Source: an uncultured bacterium (GTDB lineage: Bacteria; Auribacterota; Erginobacteria; Erginobacterales; Erginobacteraceae). From it: a DNA stretch of 64,000 bases. The notes under the pieces are model-generated. The model was given only the letters and a program-made list of their open reading frames with translations, was not told the DNA's origin and made no database searches. A program made the position numbers and the translations under genes. The first letter of the stretch is position 1. Every line of letters begins with the position of its first letter. This document shows, piece after piece, positions 1 to 9,129 of the stretch. The DNA lies in assembly GCA_964465735.1 (NCBI GenBank), contig CAYXKT010000002.1, positions 472 through 64,471 of the forward strand, read 5' to 3'.

Positions 1-66
1 AATAAACCGATTGCTTCGTCATCCCGCACCGCAGTGGCCTGGTTTTCCGGGTTGCGGTTCAGGCAC
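1..66 (+). repeat. Intergenic nested-hairpin repeat element, copy A (3' half, truncated by the window edge)
   Basis: GATTGCTTCGTC..CC.C...GCAGTGGCCTGGTTTTCCGGGTTGCGGTTCAGGCAC matches the 3' part of the elements at 2455-2565 and 4895-5004. Confidence 0.5.
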
Positions 67-129
67 TTTTTATCCCTGACTTGGCTTGCCCCTGTGTCCT
101 TCTTCGCCTCTGCGGTTCAATTTTCAGGA

Positions 130-2361
130 CTAATTCTCAGTGTTCTCTGTGGTCTTGTCGTTTTCCATAATATCTTTTTCTGTAACCGGAAGCGAGAGAC
201 GGAGGTTGGTAAGCCGGCGGGCCCGGGAACTGGGGACTCCTCCCCGGGAGTAGAACATTGTCTCCCCAAAACCTCCTTCCGGCCAGGGGGGAGCGCCAAT
301 AAAGACCCAGGCGCCCAGCGGCCAGCGACTGCCGACAAAGATCCTTCCTCCGGGCGCGGTAAATTCCCAGCGGGACCACTGATCGGGAGCATCCGCCCGA
401 AGCAGGGGTGACTCTCCAACCAGGCGGTCCGGAAGACCATCATCTTCAGTATCGGCATAAACCACGAACCGGAACGCCCCTTCCTCACCACCTCGGGCGT
501 GGGCCAGTTCAACCACCACACTGGCCCCCTTTTCCGGAGGCGGGATAACTTCCCAGACTCCGGAGTCGAAGTAGGTGGCGTGCTCCTCGCCCACGGCCCA
601 GAGCCCGGAATGGGAGGGAGCGAGAATCTTCCCCTCATCCATCCCTCGACCGGTCTCCGAATCGAGAACCTCGACAATCAAGGACTCCAGGGTCTGCCGT
701 TGGAAACGCTGATCCCAGCAGACCGGGTCATTGGCTCGGCGAGGAAGACGCCGACCGGCCCAATCAACAATGTCGTCGGCCAGCAACGGGCGAAGTTCGA
801 CGCGTTCCCGATTAATCTCCCTCAGGGGATAGCGGGAAGTAAGGTAGCGCAGCTCGGTGCTGAGGTTGGTATGCCAGCCAACCAGAAGGACATAATCCCC
901 GGGCCGGACATTGCCCCGGGAGTTCCGGGTATAACCTCGGATCGGGGTCTTCGCCCACCAGCCGACCTTGCGCAGTTCGCTGGAGTAAACTGTCCGCCCC
1001 GAGAGGTTATCCCGGATATATTCGGCCGAACGACGGATATCAGCGAAACTATCCCGCGACCAATAAAGAGCAAAACCGGTAAAGACCGTAGAGGCAAGCA
1101 GAGAGATAGCGATAACAATCCAGCCGGCCAAACGGAGAAACCGTTTCCGAAAAGAGACCAGAAAGTCGGCCCCGTAACCGGCCAGGGGGAGAGTGGCCGC
1201 GGCCAGCATATAGAGGTAGCGCGGGGTCCACCACTTGTTGACTACCAGGGTGTAGAAAACGGCGGCAAACAAATAGAGAAAGCAGACTGTCCAACCGAAC
1301 CGGAGGGGATGACGGCGGGAACGGAAGAGGGAGAGGATCAGTCCCAGTCCGGCCAGAACCGCCACCGGATAGACGAGGACATAGGGATAGGCCTTGAGAT
1401 AGTAACTAAGCCAGATCATCCAGCGGCCGGAGATCGAACGCATCGAGGTCCGCATACCTTCCTGGTACCAGGTACTCATTGCCAGGTGATGCTGCCAGAC
1501 ATAGAGAAATATATAGGGTCCGGCGGAGATCAGCAGCCCGAACAGGGCGAGCGGACGGCGGTACCACCATCCGGCCCTCCGGCCTGATCCGGGGGCAAGA
1601 TAGGAGATCACAAGCAGAACCAACCCCCAGATCGCGCCCAAAAAGAGCAGGCGGCTGATCAGCACCGGTCCGGGGAGAGTGACCGGAAAGAAACCGAGGA
1701 GGAAATCAAACGCGCAGACAGTGAGATTCTCCACCCCGGGGAGAAAGTGGAAGCCAAGGGCAAGGAGACCCCAACCGGACAATAAAATACTCAAAACCGG
1801 AAGGAGAGTCCGCTCCCGACGGGCAGTAAGGAGAAAATAGAGAAAGACGGCCACCACCGCCACCGGGACCAGGACCAGACCGGTCGGGTAAGTGAGAAGC
1901 GCCACCCCACCGGAGAAGACCCCGACCGCCAGCCACCAGGGAGAACGGATTTCAAAGGCACGGAAGATCCCATAGAAAAAGAGGAGAACAAAGAAAGAGT
2001 ACATCCCGTGGGGGAAGATCCGCAGCGACCAGCGGAAGATCAGGGGAGAAACTGTATAAAAGAGAATGGTTAGAAACGCCGCCCGCCGGTTATAGACCGC
2101 CCGAGCCAGTCCGGAGAGGGGAAAGACGGCCAGAGAGGCAAAGATAATCGAGACCAGACGGCCAGCCAGTTCAAGATCGCCGCCGAGGTGGTTGAGCGAT
2201 TTCAGGGCAAAAGGGTACGCGGGGAGAATGATTGTCCCCCGGATCCGTTCCAGCGCGGTCATATAGTCCACACTGTCGGTATAGGCCGCCGGATGCCAGT
2301 TGAGGAAGAGCAACCGGGCGACCAGATTAACCCCAAAAATCAGCAGTACCCACTTTCTCAT
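130..2361 (-). CDS. GT-C fold integral-membrane glycosyltransferase (ArnT/PMT-like, GT39/GT83-type) with a C-terminal periplasmic domain of about 140 aa
   Basis: 743 aa. The N-terminal two-thirds has more than 10 predicted TM helices with an ArnT/PMT-like layout. The C-terminal soluble domain is homologous to the C-termini of 2696..4774 and 5166..5879. ATG at 2361 in an intergenic context. Confidence 0.6.
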   Translation of the reverse strand: MRKWVLLIFGVNLVARLLFLNWHPAAYTDSVDYMTALERIRGTIILPAYPFALKSLNHLGGDLELAGRLVSIIFASLAVFPLSGLARAVYNRRAAFLTILFYTVSPLIFRWSLRIFPHGMYSFFVLLFFYGIFRAFEIRSPWWLAVGVFSGGVALLTYPTGLVLVPVAVVAVFLYFLLTARRERTLLPVLSILLSGWGLLALGFHFLPGVENLTVCAFDFLLGFFPVTLPGPVLISRLLFLGAIWGLVLLVISYLAPGSGRRAGWWYRRPLALFGLLISAGPYIFLYVWQHHLAMSTWYQEGMRTSMRSISGRWMIWLSYYLKAYPYVLVYPVAVLAGLGLILSLFRSRRHPLRFGWTVCFLYLFAAVFYTLVVNKWWTPRYLYMLAAATLPLAGYGADFLVSFRKRFLRLAGWIVIAISLLASTVFTGFALYWSRDSFADIRRSAEYIRDNLSGRTVYSSELRKVGWWAKTPIRGYTRNSRGNVRPGDYVLLVGWHTNLSTELRYLTSRYPLREINRERVELRPLLADDIVDWAGRRLPRRANDPVCWDQRFQRQTLESLIVEVLDSETGRGMDEGKILAPSHSGLWAVGEEHATYFDSGVWEVIPPPEKGASVVVELAHARGGEEGAFRFVVYADTEDDGLPDRLVGESPLLRADAPDQWSRWEFTAPGGRIFVGSRWPLGAWVFIGAPPWPEGGFGETMFYSRGGVPSSRARRLTNLRLSLPVTEKDIMENDKTTENTEN

Positions 2362-2454
2362 AACCGGTAATTCGGACTCCGGTCCGGAATCCTATCAAAG
2401 CATTTCGTTGGTTTTATTAACTAATGTCTGGACGTAAACCCGATATCACGGAGA

Positions 2455-2565
2455 GTCTGTCGTCGCAAGAAACGAAGTCACGGGGCAATCTCATCACAAA
2501 ATAAACAGATTGTTTCGTCGTCCCTCCTCGTAATGACCTGGTTTTTGAGATTTCCGTTCAGAACC
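2455..2565 (+). repeat. Intergenic nested-hairpin repeat element, copy B (full length)
   Basis: tctgtcGTCGCAAGaaACGAAGtca...TCTCATCACaaaATAAACAGATTGTTTCGTCGTCCCTCCTCGTAATGACCTGGTTTTT...CGTTCAGAACC. Inverted pairs CGCAAG/CTCGTAATGAC-type and ACGAAG/CTTCGT around a conserved loop of about 23 nt. Confidence 0.6.
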
Positions 2566-2695
2566 TAACTAAACTTACTCTTTGAAGCTGGTTAAAACCT
2601 TTTCCCACTTCTTCTCACCGTCACAATATCAGTTCGTCACCACCGGTTTCATCCTTTCATAAAACTTTTGACAGTACCCCCGCTAAGTTTGCCGG

Positions 2696-4774
2696 CTATC
2701 CCTCCTCCGGTTTTTCCCCGGGGGGAAGGATCTCGATAACCAGATTGGTGGAACGAGGGCCGGTGGAGAGAGTCGGAGGTCCGGAGGTGGAATAATACAT
2801 CGTCGGCGACAGATCCCGGTGGCCCCAGCCGGTCCGGTCAAAGAAGACCCGGGCGCCTTCATTCCAGGTATTGCCCACGAACAGCCTACCTTCCGGAGCG
2901 GGCAGAGTCCAGTAACTCCAGTCACCGGCCGAGCGGGCGGTGAGAAAAGATGACCTCCCCAGTTCCAGATCGGGGCGGCCGTCGTTATTCTTATCTCCAT
3001 AGGCCACGATAAAGAATCCACCTTCGTTGCCGGAAGCGGCGTGCTGGACCTTAACGGTGACTATATCTCCGGTTGAATATGGCTTGACCACCTCCCAGAC
3101 CTGGAGATTATGGCCGGGTGTAGTCCTCAGCTGGATATGCGGGGCCGGTACCCGCTCACCGCTGACCCGAAAGGCCCCCGCCCCGCTCAACTCCTTCAGC
3201 GTCGATTGGAGCTGGAGTTGAGAGATCAAGTTGAATATTCCCAGTGCCAGAAGACCAATCAGGGTTATCCAGACCGCCCTCATCATCCCCGGCGAGGATC
3301 CGGCCCCCGGTCCTCCAGGCAGATCGTCCCCCCGTTTCCTGCTGAAATTCATCATCACGACACCTCCGGTCAGCCAGATTAAGTACAGCGGCAGGAGACT
3401 GAGCTGTCCCCGCAAACCCGCCATCTGTCCCAGGTTGAAAGCGTTAAAAGAACTGGAGACGACGGAATTGCTCTGGAAGGTCGTCTCCGGGTTGATTGAA
3501 AGATAGCCCCCGAAAAAGGAGTGAAAGTAAAGATCCCGGAAAGGATGCCGGGCATACTCCTCGAAACGGACGGCGGTGGCGGTCAGAACTAAAAAGATCG
3601 AGACCGCCGCCAGAAGGGCCGAGATCCGCGGAAAGCGGACCACGAAAAAGAAGGCCAACAGCACCATATACGGCAGCATCTCCATCGCGTGCCGCGGACC
3701 AAATGCTTTTCCCCCATAGTAATAAGGATAGAGGGTATTGATAAAGAAATACCCCGAAATCAGGACTATCAGAATCGGCAAAAGGGACCGCGACCCTTTC
3801 TCTCGGGCCAGATAAAAACCGCCGGGGAAGAGCAGGATGAGAAAGGGAGAGAGATGAAAAAATCCGCGGAAAGGACCAAAGGAGGTCTGGTAGAGGGCCT
3901 CCATCAACTTCCGAGTCTGGAAGCCGAGGAGGGGTCCGTCCTTGTAGGCGCTATGGGCAGCGGCCCGCTTGTCGAAGTAGGCGATATACCAGGGGTTATG
4001 GAAAACCAGGTAGTTATATCCGATCAAGATGGCGGCCGGCAAAATCAGGCCGGCCAGAAACCAGCCGAAACGGAAAGTTCGGCTCCCGTTCCGGAAAAAC
4101 CCTCGAACCAGGCAATAGACCGAGAGCAGGGTGACGATAGCCGCCACGGGATACTCGGTCACCACCGCCCAGCCCCCGGCCAGTCCGGAGAGAAAGATAA
4201 AGAGCGATCCCCGGGGAGCGTCCGGCTCCAGAACCAGGTATTTCAGGAGGAGATAAAACGAGATCACGGTCAGAACCGAACTGACCATATGGCCGTAGAT
4301 CACGGTGGAATAGGCAAAAGCGGAGGTACCGAGAAAAAGGGCCAGAGTAGAGATCAACCTCGGGGCGATGGCTGAATGGAAGAGGCCGAGCAATCGGAAG
4401 AAGACCACCCCGCCTAAAGCGCAGGGCAGGCCGACGATCAGCACCCCCACCAGCCAGCAGGAGAAGAGATGGTAGAAATCCTCCGAGAAGAGACCGGTCA
4501 GGGTACCCTTCAGCCGGGAGATCAGATAGTAGGGGCCGACCCCGACCAGACTCATCCCCGGCGCCTTGTTGGGATAGTTCTTTCCCTCGACATTGACGAT
4601 ATCGTGGGTGGGAACCCGGACACCCCCGAAATGGAGCTGCCCCTGCTCCACCACTGCCCGCATCTGGCCCAGCCGAGCGTTCTGATTCGCCCCCCCGCCC
4701 TGATAGAAATAGGCGAAGCTGAAGAACAAGACGAAAAAGAGAGTTATCTCCAATTTATAATTTCGCAAAATCAA
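2696..4774 (-). CDS. GT-C fold integral-membrane glycosyltransferase (ArnT/PMT-like) with the shared C-terminal domain
   Basis: Multi-TM N-terminal region followed by the conserved C-terminal domain (VxVxHAAxG..GGFxIxAY.D...DG.PD...S.FLT...W). I trimmed the ORF-track start (4972) to the TTG at 4772-4774 (on the minus strand, GAGGA sits 5 nt upstream), because the longer N-terminus would be encoded by the intergenic repeat element at 4895-5004. Confidence 0.5.
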   Translation of the reverse strand: MILRNYKLEITLFFVLFFSFAYFYQGGGANQNARLGQMRAVVEQGQLHFGGVRVPTHDIVNVEGKNYPNKAPGMSLVGVGPYYLISRLKGTLTGLFSEDFYHLFSCWLVGVLIVGLPCALGGVVFFRLLGLFHSAIAPRLISTLALFLGTSAFAYSTVIYGHMVSSVLTVISFYLLLKYLVLEPDAPRGSLFIFLSGLAGGWAVVTEYPVAAIVTLLSVYCLVRGFFRNGSRTFRFGWFLAGLILPAAILIGYNYLVFHNPWYIAYFDKRAAAHSAYKDGPLLGFQTRKLMEALYQTSFGPFRGFFHLSPFLILLFPGGFYLAREKGSRSLLPILIVLISGYFFINTLYPYYYGGKAFGPRHAMEMLPYMVLLAFFFVVRFPRISALLAAVSIFLVLTATAVRFEEYARHPFRDLYFHSFFGGYLSINPETTFQSNSVVSSSFNAFNLGQMAGLRGQLSLLPLYLIWLTGGVVMMNFSRKRGDDLPGGPGAGSSPGMMRAVWITLIGLLALGIFNLISQLQLQSTLKELSGAGAFRVSGERVPAPHIQLRTTPGHNLQVWEVVKPYSTGDIVTVKVQHAASGNEGGFFIVAYGDKNNDGRPDLELGRSSFLTARSAGDWSYWTLPAPEGRLFVGNTWNEGARVFFDRTGWGHRDLSPTMYYSTSGPPTLSTGPRSTNLVIEILPPGEKPEEG

Positions 4775-4894
4775 GGTATCCTCAGCTTGACTTAAAGAAT
4801 GACTGAAAATACAATCAGTCAGTAGTGGCCTGAACCGCTCGTCAGCAAAAGAATATACTATAGCGACTGAACGAAAACCTAAAATCTCACAGGC

Positions 4895-5004
4895 TCTGTC
4901 ATTGCGAGGGACAAAGTGACGAAGCAGTCTCATCACCAGATAAACAGATTGCTTCGTCGTCCCTCCTCGCAATAACCTGGTTTTCGGGGTTTTCGTTCCG
5001 GCAC
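4895..5004 (+). repeat. Intergenic nested-hairpin repeat element, copy C (full length, best-conserved stems)
   Basis: TCTGTCATTGCGAGGGACaaagtGACGAAGCAgTCTCATCACcagATAAACAGATTGCTTCGTCGTCCCTCCTCGCAATAACCTGGTTTTCGGGGTTTTCGTTCCGGCAC. Stems CATTGCGAGGGAC/GTCCCTCCTCGCAAT and GACGAAGCA/TGCTTCGTC. Confidence 0.65.
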
Positions 5005-5165
5005 TACTATAGGTTCTACTCCAGCGGCTGTCTATCCTAACCCGCCGGATTTGAATAATATTTCATTGGTTCGGGAAAATACAGGTTGTGGTTTGTGGTG
5101 TAATCGATTAGAGATAAAACGGTTTTAAGAAGAACAAGTCGGCCAAGGGAGCACGCGAATTTAAT

Positions 5166-5879
5166 ATGAAAATATTCGACCGTAATTTCTGGGGGACAAT
5201 TTTGATCTGGGTGGGGGTGGTTATCTTCCTGGTAGTAATTTACGACATTATCCGGCCGGTCTTTCCCGGACACCCCCCCTACCCGATTATCCAGTCGATC
5301 CAAAACTTTTTCTCCCCCTCTCGGGGACCGAATAAACCACCGCCCGCTGCCAAAAAGGCCCGGGCACGCCGCCCGACGGTGGCGAAAATCCCGCCAAAGT
5401 TTGCCGGCGACGCGCGGATGATGACCGCCAATTCTTATTCTCCGGCGGGGCATTACTCACAGTGGGTCTGGGCGGTTAAACCGGACCGGCAAACTGAGGA
5501 CACGGTCCGGGTCGAGGTTGCCCACGCCGCCCCGGGAATGCCGGGGGGGTTTTCGATCATTGCTTACGCCGACACCATCGGTGACGGTTGGCCCGACCAG
5601 AAGGTGGCGGAATCGGAATTCCTCACCGGTGACCAGGCCGGCCAATGGTCGATCTTTAACTTCACCGCCGGGGAAGAACCTCTGTTCATCGGGTATTCCT
5701 GGGCGGAGGGCCAGGATACTGTCATCTTCCGAAGTAACGGGGGATGGCCTGAGAAAGATTTTCCCCTGGAAGACCGATTCTTTTACCTGATCGACGGACC
5801 TGGTTCCAAGTCGGCCGGGCCGGCCTATACCAATCTCCGGGTATCATTCTCCCGGCAATCAACCCAGGAGAATTCTTAA
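5166..5879 (+). CDS. Small signal-anchored protein carrying the same C-terminal domain as the two neighbouring GT-C enzymes
   Basis: 237 aa. One N-terminal TM helix (FWGTILIWVGVVIFLVVIY), a Pro/Ala/Lys-rich linker, then a domain of about 130 aa that aligns with the C-termini of 130..2361 and 2696..4774. Confidence 0.5.
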   Translation: MKIFDRNFWGTILIWVGVVIFLVVIYDIIRPVFPGHPPYPIIQSIQNFFSPSRGPNKPPPAAKKARARRPTVAKIPPKFAGDARMMTANSYSPAGHYSQWVWAVKPDRQTEDTVRVEVAHAAPGMPGGFSIIAYADTIGDGWPDQKVAESEFLTGDQAGQWSIFNFTAGEEPLFIGYSWAEGQDTVIFRSNGGWPEKDFPLEDRFFYLIDGPGSKSAGPAYTNLRVSFSRQSTQENS

Positions 5880-5880
5880 A

Positions 5881-6606
5881 TTGACGAATATATTCAGCAG
5901 GACTTTGATCGCTGTCGGCATCTTTGTCTCCGTGGGGGTTATCTGCCAAATCCTCTTCGAGCGCGCTGACCAGCCAGGCACGCCACGGCCCCGGATCGCC
6001 CCAGATCGACCACGGATAGAACCGCAGTCGGTGGAAAGCGGTGCCGCCCTGGAGAAGACCGCGAACTACCTGCGAAAAACCGCAACGCAGATAGTGTCGG
6101 GCTGGACCGAGACCGTGGACTTCTCCCACTCCGGCCACTATGATTCCTGAGACGGCAAAGTCCTATCCTGGTGGGAGTACAACGACCAGGACAAACAAAA
6201 GGTAATCTGGAAGTCGGCGCCCTGCCCGGAGAAGCGAACCACCACCCTGGTATTCAGCGGGGTCCTGGGGACTGCTGGAGGAGAAGCGAAACTTTGCGTC
6301 AACGGTCGCCCGGCTCTCTCTTTAAATACCGGGGTCGGACCGGCAACTGAAGAATGGGGAAGAGGAGACTACCACCTGAAGTTTTTCTCCATAGTCGTCA
6401 AACCAAACCAGGAACGGCTGGGGATCTTCGCTCTGAGCATACCGAAAGAAGATGTCACCTCCGGAGAGCCTATCACTCTGGAGGTAAGAGCGGAGGGGCT
6501 TTATAAGTCCGGTAACGGCAACAGATTTTTTCTGCTCAGTTCGATCCCCGAAATTTTAAAGAAACTGCCTCCAAAGAAGCAGGCCCTCGTCTCGTCCACC
6601 GTTCGA
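5881..6606 (+). CDS. Signal-anchored protein whose reading frame is interrupted by an in-frame TGA at 6148-6150 (readthrough, recoding, pseudogene or sequencing error)
   Basis: A TTG-initiated ORF 5881..6150 (89 aa, one TM) is followed in the same frame by 152 further sense codons ending at the TAA at 6604-6606. That stretch contains no ATG, GTG or TTG, so the downstream part has no start codon of its own. Confidence 0.35.
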
Positions 6607-6647
6607 TAACGGAAAGTTACCGGGAAAAACAAAAACTCCAAGATGAT

Positions 6648-8774
6648 ATGCCCTGGAATCCAACAGTCAGACTGATCTTCCTCTTCAGCGGGGTATTTTA
6701 TATCCTGATCGGGATCGGCTTGAAGGGTGGCTTCACTTTTCCCCGCTACCGGCAGCGCCGGATCGGCGGCCTGATCTGGACAATCACCGGGGGGGTGATC
6801 GTTTTTCTCGCCGCCGCCACCGCCGGAGCTGTCGGCTTCCCAGCCCAGCGGATGATGGGGCGCCTGGTTCTCCCGGCGATCAAGCTGGGGGAACTGCTTG
6901 CCGCCTGGGTCCCGCCGCATTCGGCTTCCATTACCGCCGAGGGGTTGACGCTGGTCATCCTGATCGCCGGCGGACTCCTCCTCGGGAAGAAGAAGACCGC
7001 CCGCCCCCTGATCCTGATCCTCTTCGCCGGCGGAGCGGCCCTGGCCGGAGGTTTCTTTCTCAGCCGTTACTCCCTGCCCTCGGCCTATCTCCTTTTCGGG
7101 TTGGCGGTTCTCTACGCCGCGATGAGCGTCCGAACCGGGGACAGCCGGCGGACCGGCAAAGAACCTTTTCTCTCCCCGACCGCCGCGATGCTGACCGTGT
7201 CGGCAATTATTCTCCTCGGCTTTATTCTGAGAACCTACGGACTGGGCGAGGTCTCCTATCGCTTTGATCACTACGAGGCCGATTATGGACGGGAAGCACT
7301 GAAAGTCCTGGCCGGACACCATAACGCCAATCTCTGGACTTCCACGATCTGGCGAGGCTTGGGGCACCTCAACTATTCCCCGGTTTACACTTACCATACC
7401 GCCCTCTTCTTTCAACTCTTCGGGGCCACCATCGTCTCCCTGAAGCTGGTCTCCGTGACCTGGGGGTTGGCGGCCCTGCTTTTGACCTACGCAATCGCCT
7501 CCACTCTCTTCGGGAGAAAGACCGCCCTGATTACCATCTTTTTCCTGGCCGTCTCCCCGCTGCATATAAATTACAGCCGTTTGGGCCTCCTCCTCGGCTC
7601 CACGTTGACAATCAGCCTGCTGATCGTCTTCCTGCTCCTGCGGGCCCTCTTGAAGGAGAAGGTGATCTATTATCTTCTTCTGGGGGTGGCGGCCGGATTC
7701 GCCGGATATTTCTACTCCCCGGCCAAGTACCCGGTCCTGCTGGCCGCGGTTCTGATGGCCGCCTACACGATCTTCAAGCGAAGATGGATTTTACGGAACT
7801 GGCCAGGGTTGATCGTCCTCGGGCTGACGGTGATCATCCTGATGACCGCGCTCAATATCCCGGCCCTGGACCTGATGGCGCCCCGCTTCGCCGGCTACGA
7901 ATCAGTCTGGCACCGGACGGCCGACCATCAATATTCTTCCCAGGCCAATTACCGGAGGGGGATCCCCCTGGTCTGGGAAAACTGGGTGAAACTGGTCCGA
8001 AGTTTCTTCCTGGAGAGAAACTTCAGCTACGACCCCTGGCCCCAAGGCAACCTCTACTTCAACCCGGTCATCCCCCCCCTGGTCCTGCTCGGGATCGCCA
8101 TCAGCCTGGCCCGAATCCGGAAGGCAAATTACCGACTGCTCCTCTTCCTCGCGGCGGCCTTTTTGGTCCCCAACCTCCTCTCCCGGCCGCCGGTAATGGT
8201 CCGACGGATGATGGTCTCCTGGCCTTTCCTCTATTGTCTGGCAGCGATCCCCTTAGCCGAGCTGATCGGGCAAGCCGGTCAACAGGCGGGGCGGGCGGCG
8301 GGGCGGACAGCGGGCGCGATCATTATCGGGGGCCTAATCCTGTTCGGGGCCTACAACACCACCATCTTCTTCCAGAGCCGCGAGCCGGCGGGGAGATGGG
8401 AGGAAGAACGCTTCTTCGACGAGTACGCCAAGAGCCTGATCGACGATTATTATCTCTTCATCGTCCCCATTCAGCGGGGGCTGAGCGAGGAGACAATCCG
8501 CTTCCTCCTCCACGAGAAGATCGAGGCCGGGGTGCGGGGCTACCGCTTTCTCCCCCCCCGGGAGGTTGAAGATTTGTCCCGGGAAGAAGTGCAAAAACAT
8601 CTCCCGGCCGCGGTCGTCGCCGCTTCGGGCACGGTTGCCCGGGCGGTTCTGGAAAAGACCGGGGAGAGACTGGGAAAAGACCGGATCGAGGAGTTCCGGG
8701 ACAAGTTCAACCGGCCCCGAGCCGTCACCATCTTCTTTGAAAGTCCCGGGGGCACACACCTGATTGTTGAATAA
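6648..8774 (+). CDS. GT-C fold integral-membrane glycosyltransferase (ArnT/PMT-like, GT39/GT83-type)
   Basis: 708 aa with many TM helices. The region RFDHYEADYG...GHHNANLW...YSPVYTY...AVSPLHINYSRLG is typical of the ArnT/PMT N-terminal catalytic loop and TM organisation. Soluble C-terminal region of about 150 aa. Confidence 0.6.
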   Translation: MPWNPTVRLIFLFSGVFYILIGIGLKGGFTFPRYRQRRIGGLIWTITGGVIVFLAAATAGAVGFPAQRMMGRLVLPAIKLGELLAAWVPPHSASITAEGLTLVILIAGGLLLGKKKTARPLILILFAGGAALAGGFFLSRYSLPSAYLLFGLAVLYAAMSVRTGDSRRTGKEPFLSPTAAMLTVSAIILLGFILRTYGLGEVSYRFDHYEADYGREALKVLAGHHNANLWTSTIWRGLGHLNYSPVYTYHTALFFQLFGATIVSLKLVSVTWGLAALLLTYAIASTLFGRKTALITIFFLAVSPLHINYSRLGLLLGSTLTISLLIVFLLLRALLKEKVIYYLLLGVAAGFAGYFYSPAKYPVLLAAVLMAAYTIFKRRWILRNWPGLIVLGLTVIILMTALNIPALDLMAPRFAGYESVWHRTADHQYSSQANYRRGIPLVWENWVKLVRSFFLERNFSYDPWPQGNLYFNPVIPPLVLLGIAISLARIRKANYRLLLFLAAAFLVPNLLSRPPVMVRRMMVSWPFLYCLAAIPLAELIGQAGQQAGRAAGRTAGAIIIGGLILFGAYNTTIFFQSREPAGRWEEERFFDEYAKSLIDDYYLFIVPIQRGLSEETIRFLLHEKIEAGVRGYRFLPPREVEDLSREEVQKHLPAAVVAASGTVARAVLEKTGERLGKDRIEEFRDKFNRPRAVTIFFESPGGTHLIVE

Positions 8775-9129
8775 ATTAACTGGCTATATCCGGATTTCCC
8801 AAAGCCTATTGGTAGCCTTAATCAATGCTGGAGGAGCGTTAGAGGCGGCTTTGAAAGTTCAGAGATAAACAGATTTTTGCTCAAAGTTAACATTCACAAC
8901 TCCTGATACGGGACATCGTTCTTCCCTCACAAAAGGGGAGATCGCCGATCAATCGCCAAAAGCAATTTCTGATCAATTCCCGAACAGCAACAGGTTACCT
9001 GCCGCCTTTTCCCGGGGAAAGTTCAATCTTCCGTGATGAATTCGAGCGGGCGGAAGCGAGAACCTTCCCGGGGAACTTGGGCCCGTCCGGTCGGCCTCCG
9101 GGGGATTATTGGGAAGCCGGAAGCTCCCG

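Noticed and set aside
499-1587. Long plus-strand ORF (362 aa), one of many similar antisense ORFs (for example 6501..7565-, 9109..10176+, 10350..11558+, 31128..32093+, 35012..36289+, 60227..61579+, 61670..63376+)
   Set aside because: They lie entirely antisense to, or out of frame with, well-supported genes (GT-C enzymes, FeoB, carbamoyltransferase, the giant protein). Their translations are low-complexity and rich in Gly, Arg and Pro, as expected for spurious ORFs in DNA of 60-65% GC.
4775-4972. N-terminal extension of 66 aa on the ORF 2696..4972 as given in the ORF track
   Set aside because: The extension would be translated from the intergenic nested-hairpin repeat element (4895-5004). 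An internal TTG with a GAGGA ribosome-binding site at 4772-4774 gives a start directly before the first TM helix.
5881-6606. Genome-wide UGA reassignment (codon table 4 or 25) as the explanation for the in-frame TGA
   Set aside because: TGA clearly terminates confidently identified genes in this window (the feoB stop at 10692-10694 and several GT4 and kinase genes). The reading-frame interruption is therefore local.
8861-8880. AGAGATAAACAGATTTTTGC, resembling the conserved loop of the intergenic repeat family
   Set aside because: The match covers only about 14 nt of the loop, with no flanking stem sequences. It could be a decayed fragment but is too short to call.
8775-9129. Looked for a bidirectional terminator between the convergent genes 6648..8774 and 9130..10314, and likewise at 32134-32157
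   Set aside because: Only short (5-6 bp) palindromes are present (TTTCCCGGGGAAA, CCCGGTTTGACCGGG) and no T-tracts follow, so the evidence for a terminator call is insufficient.
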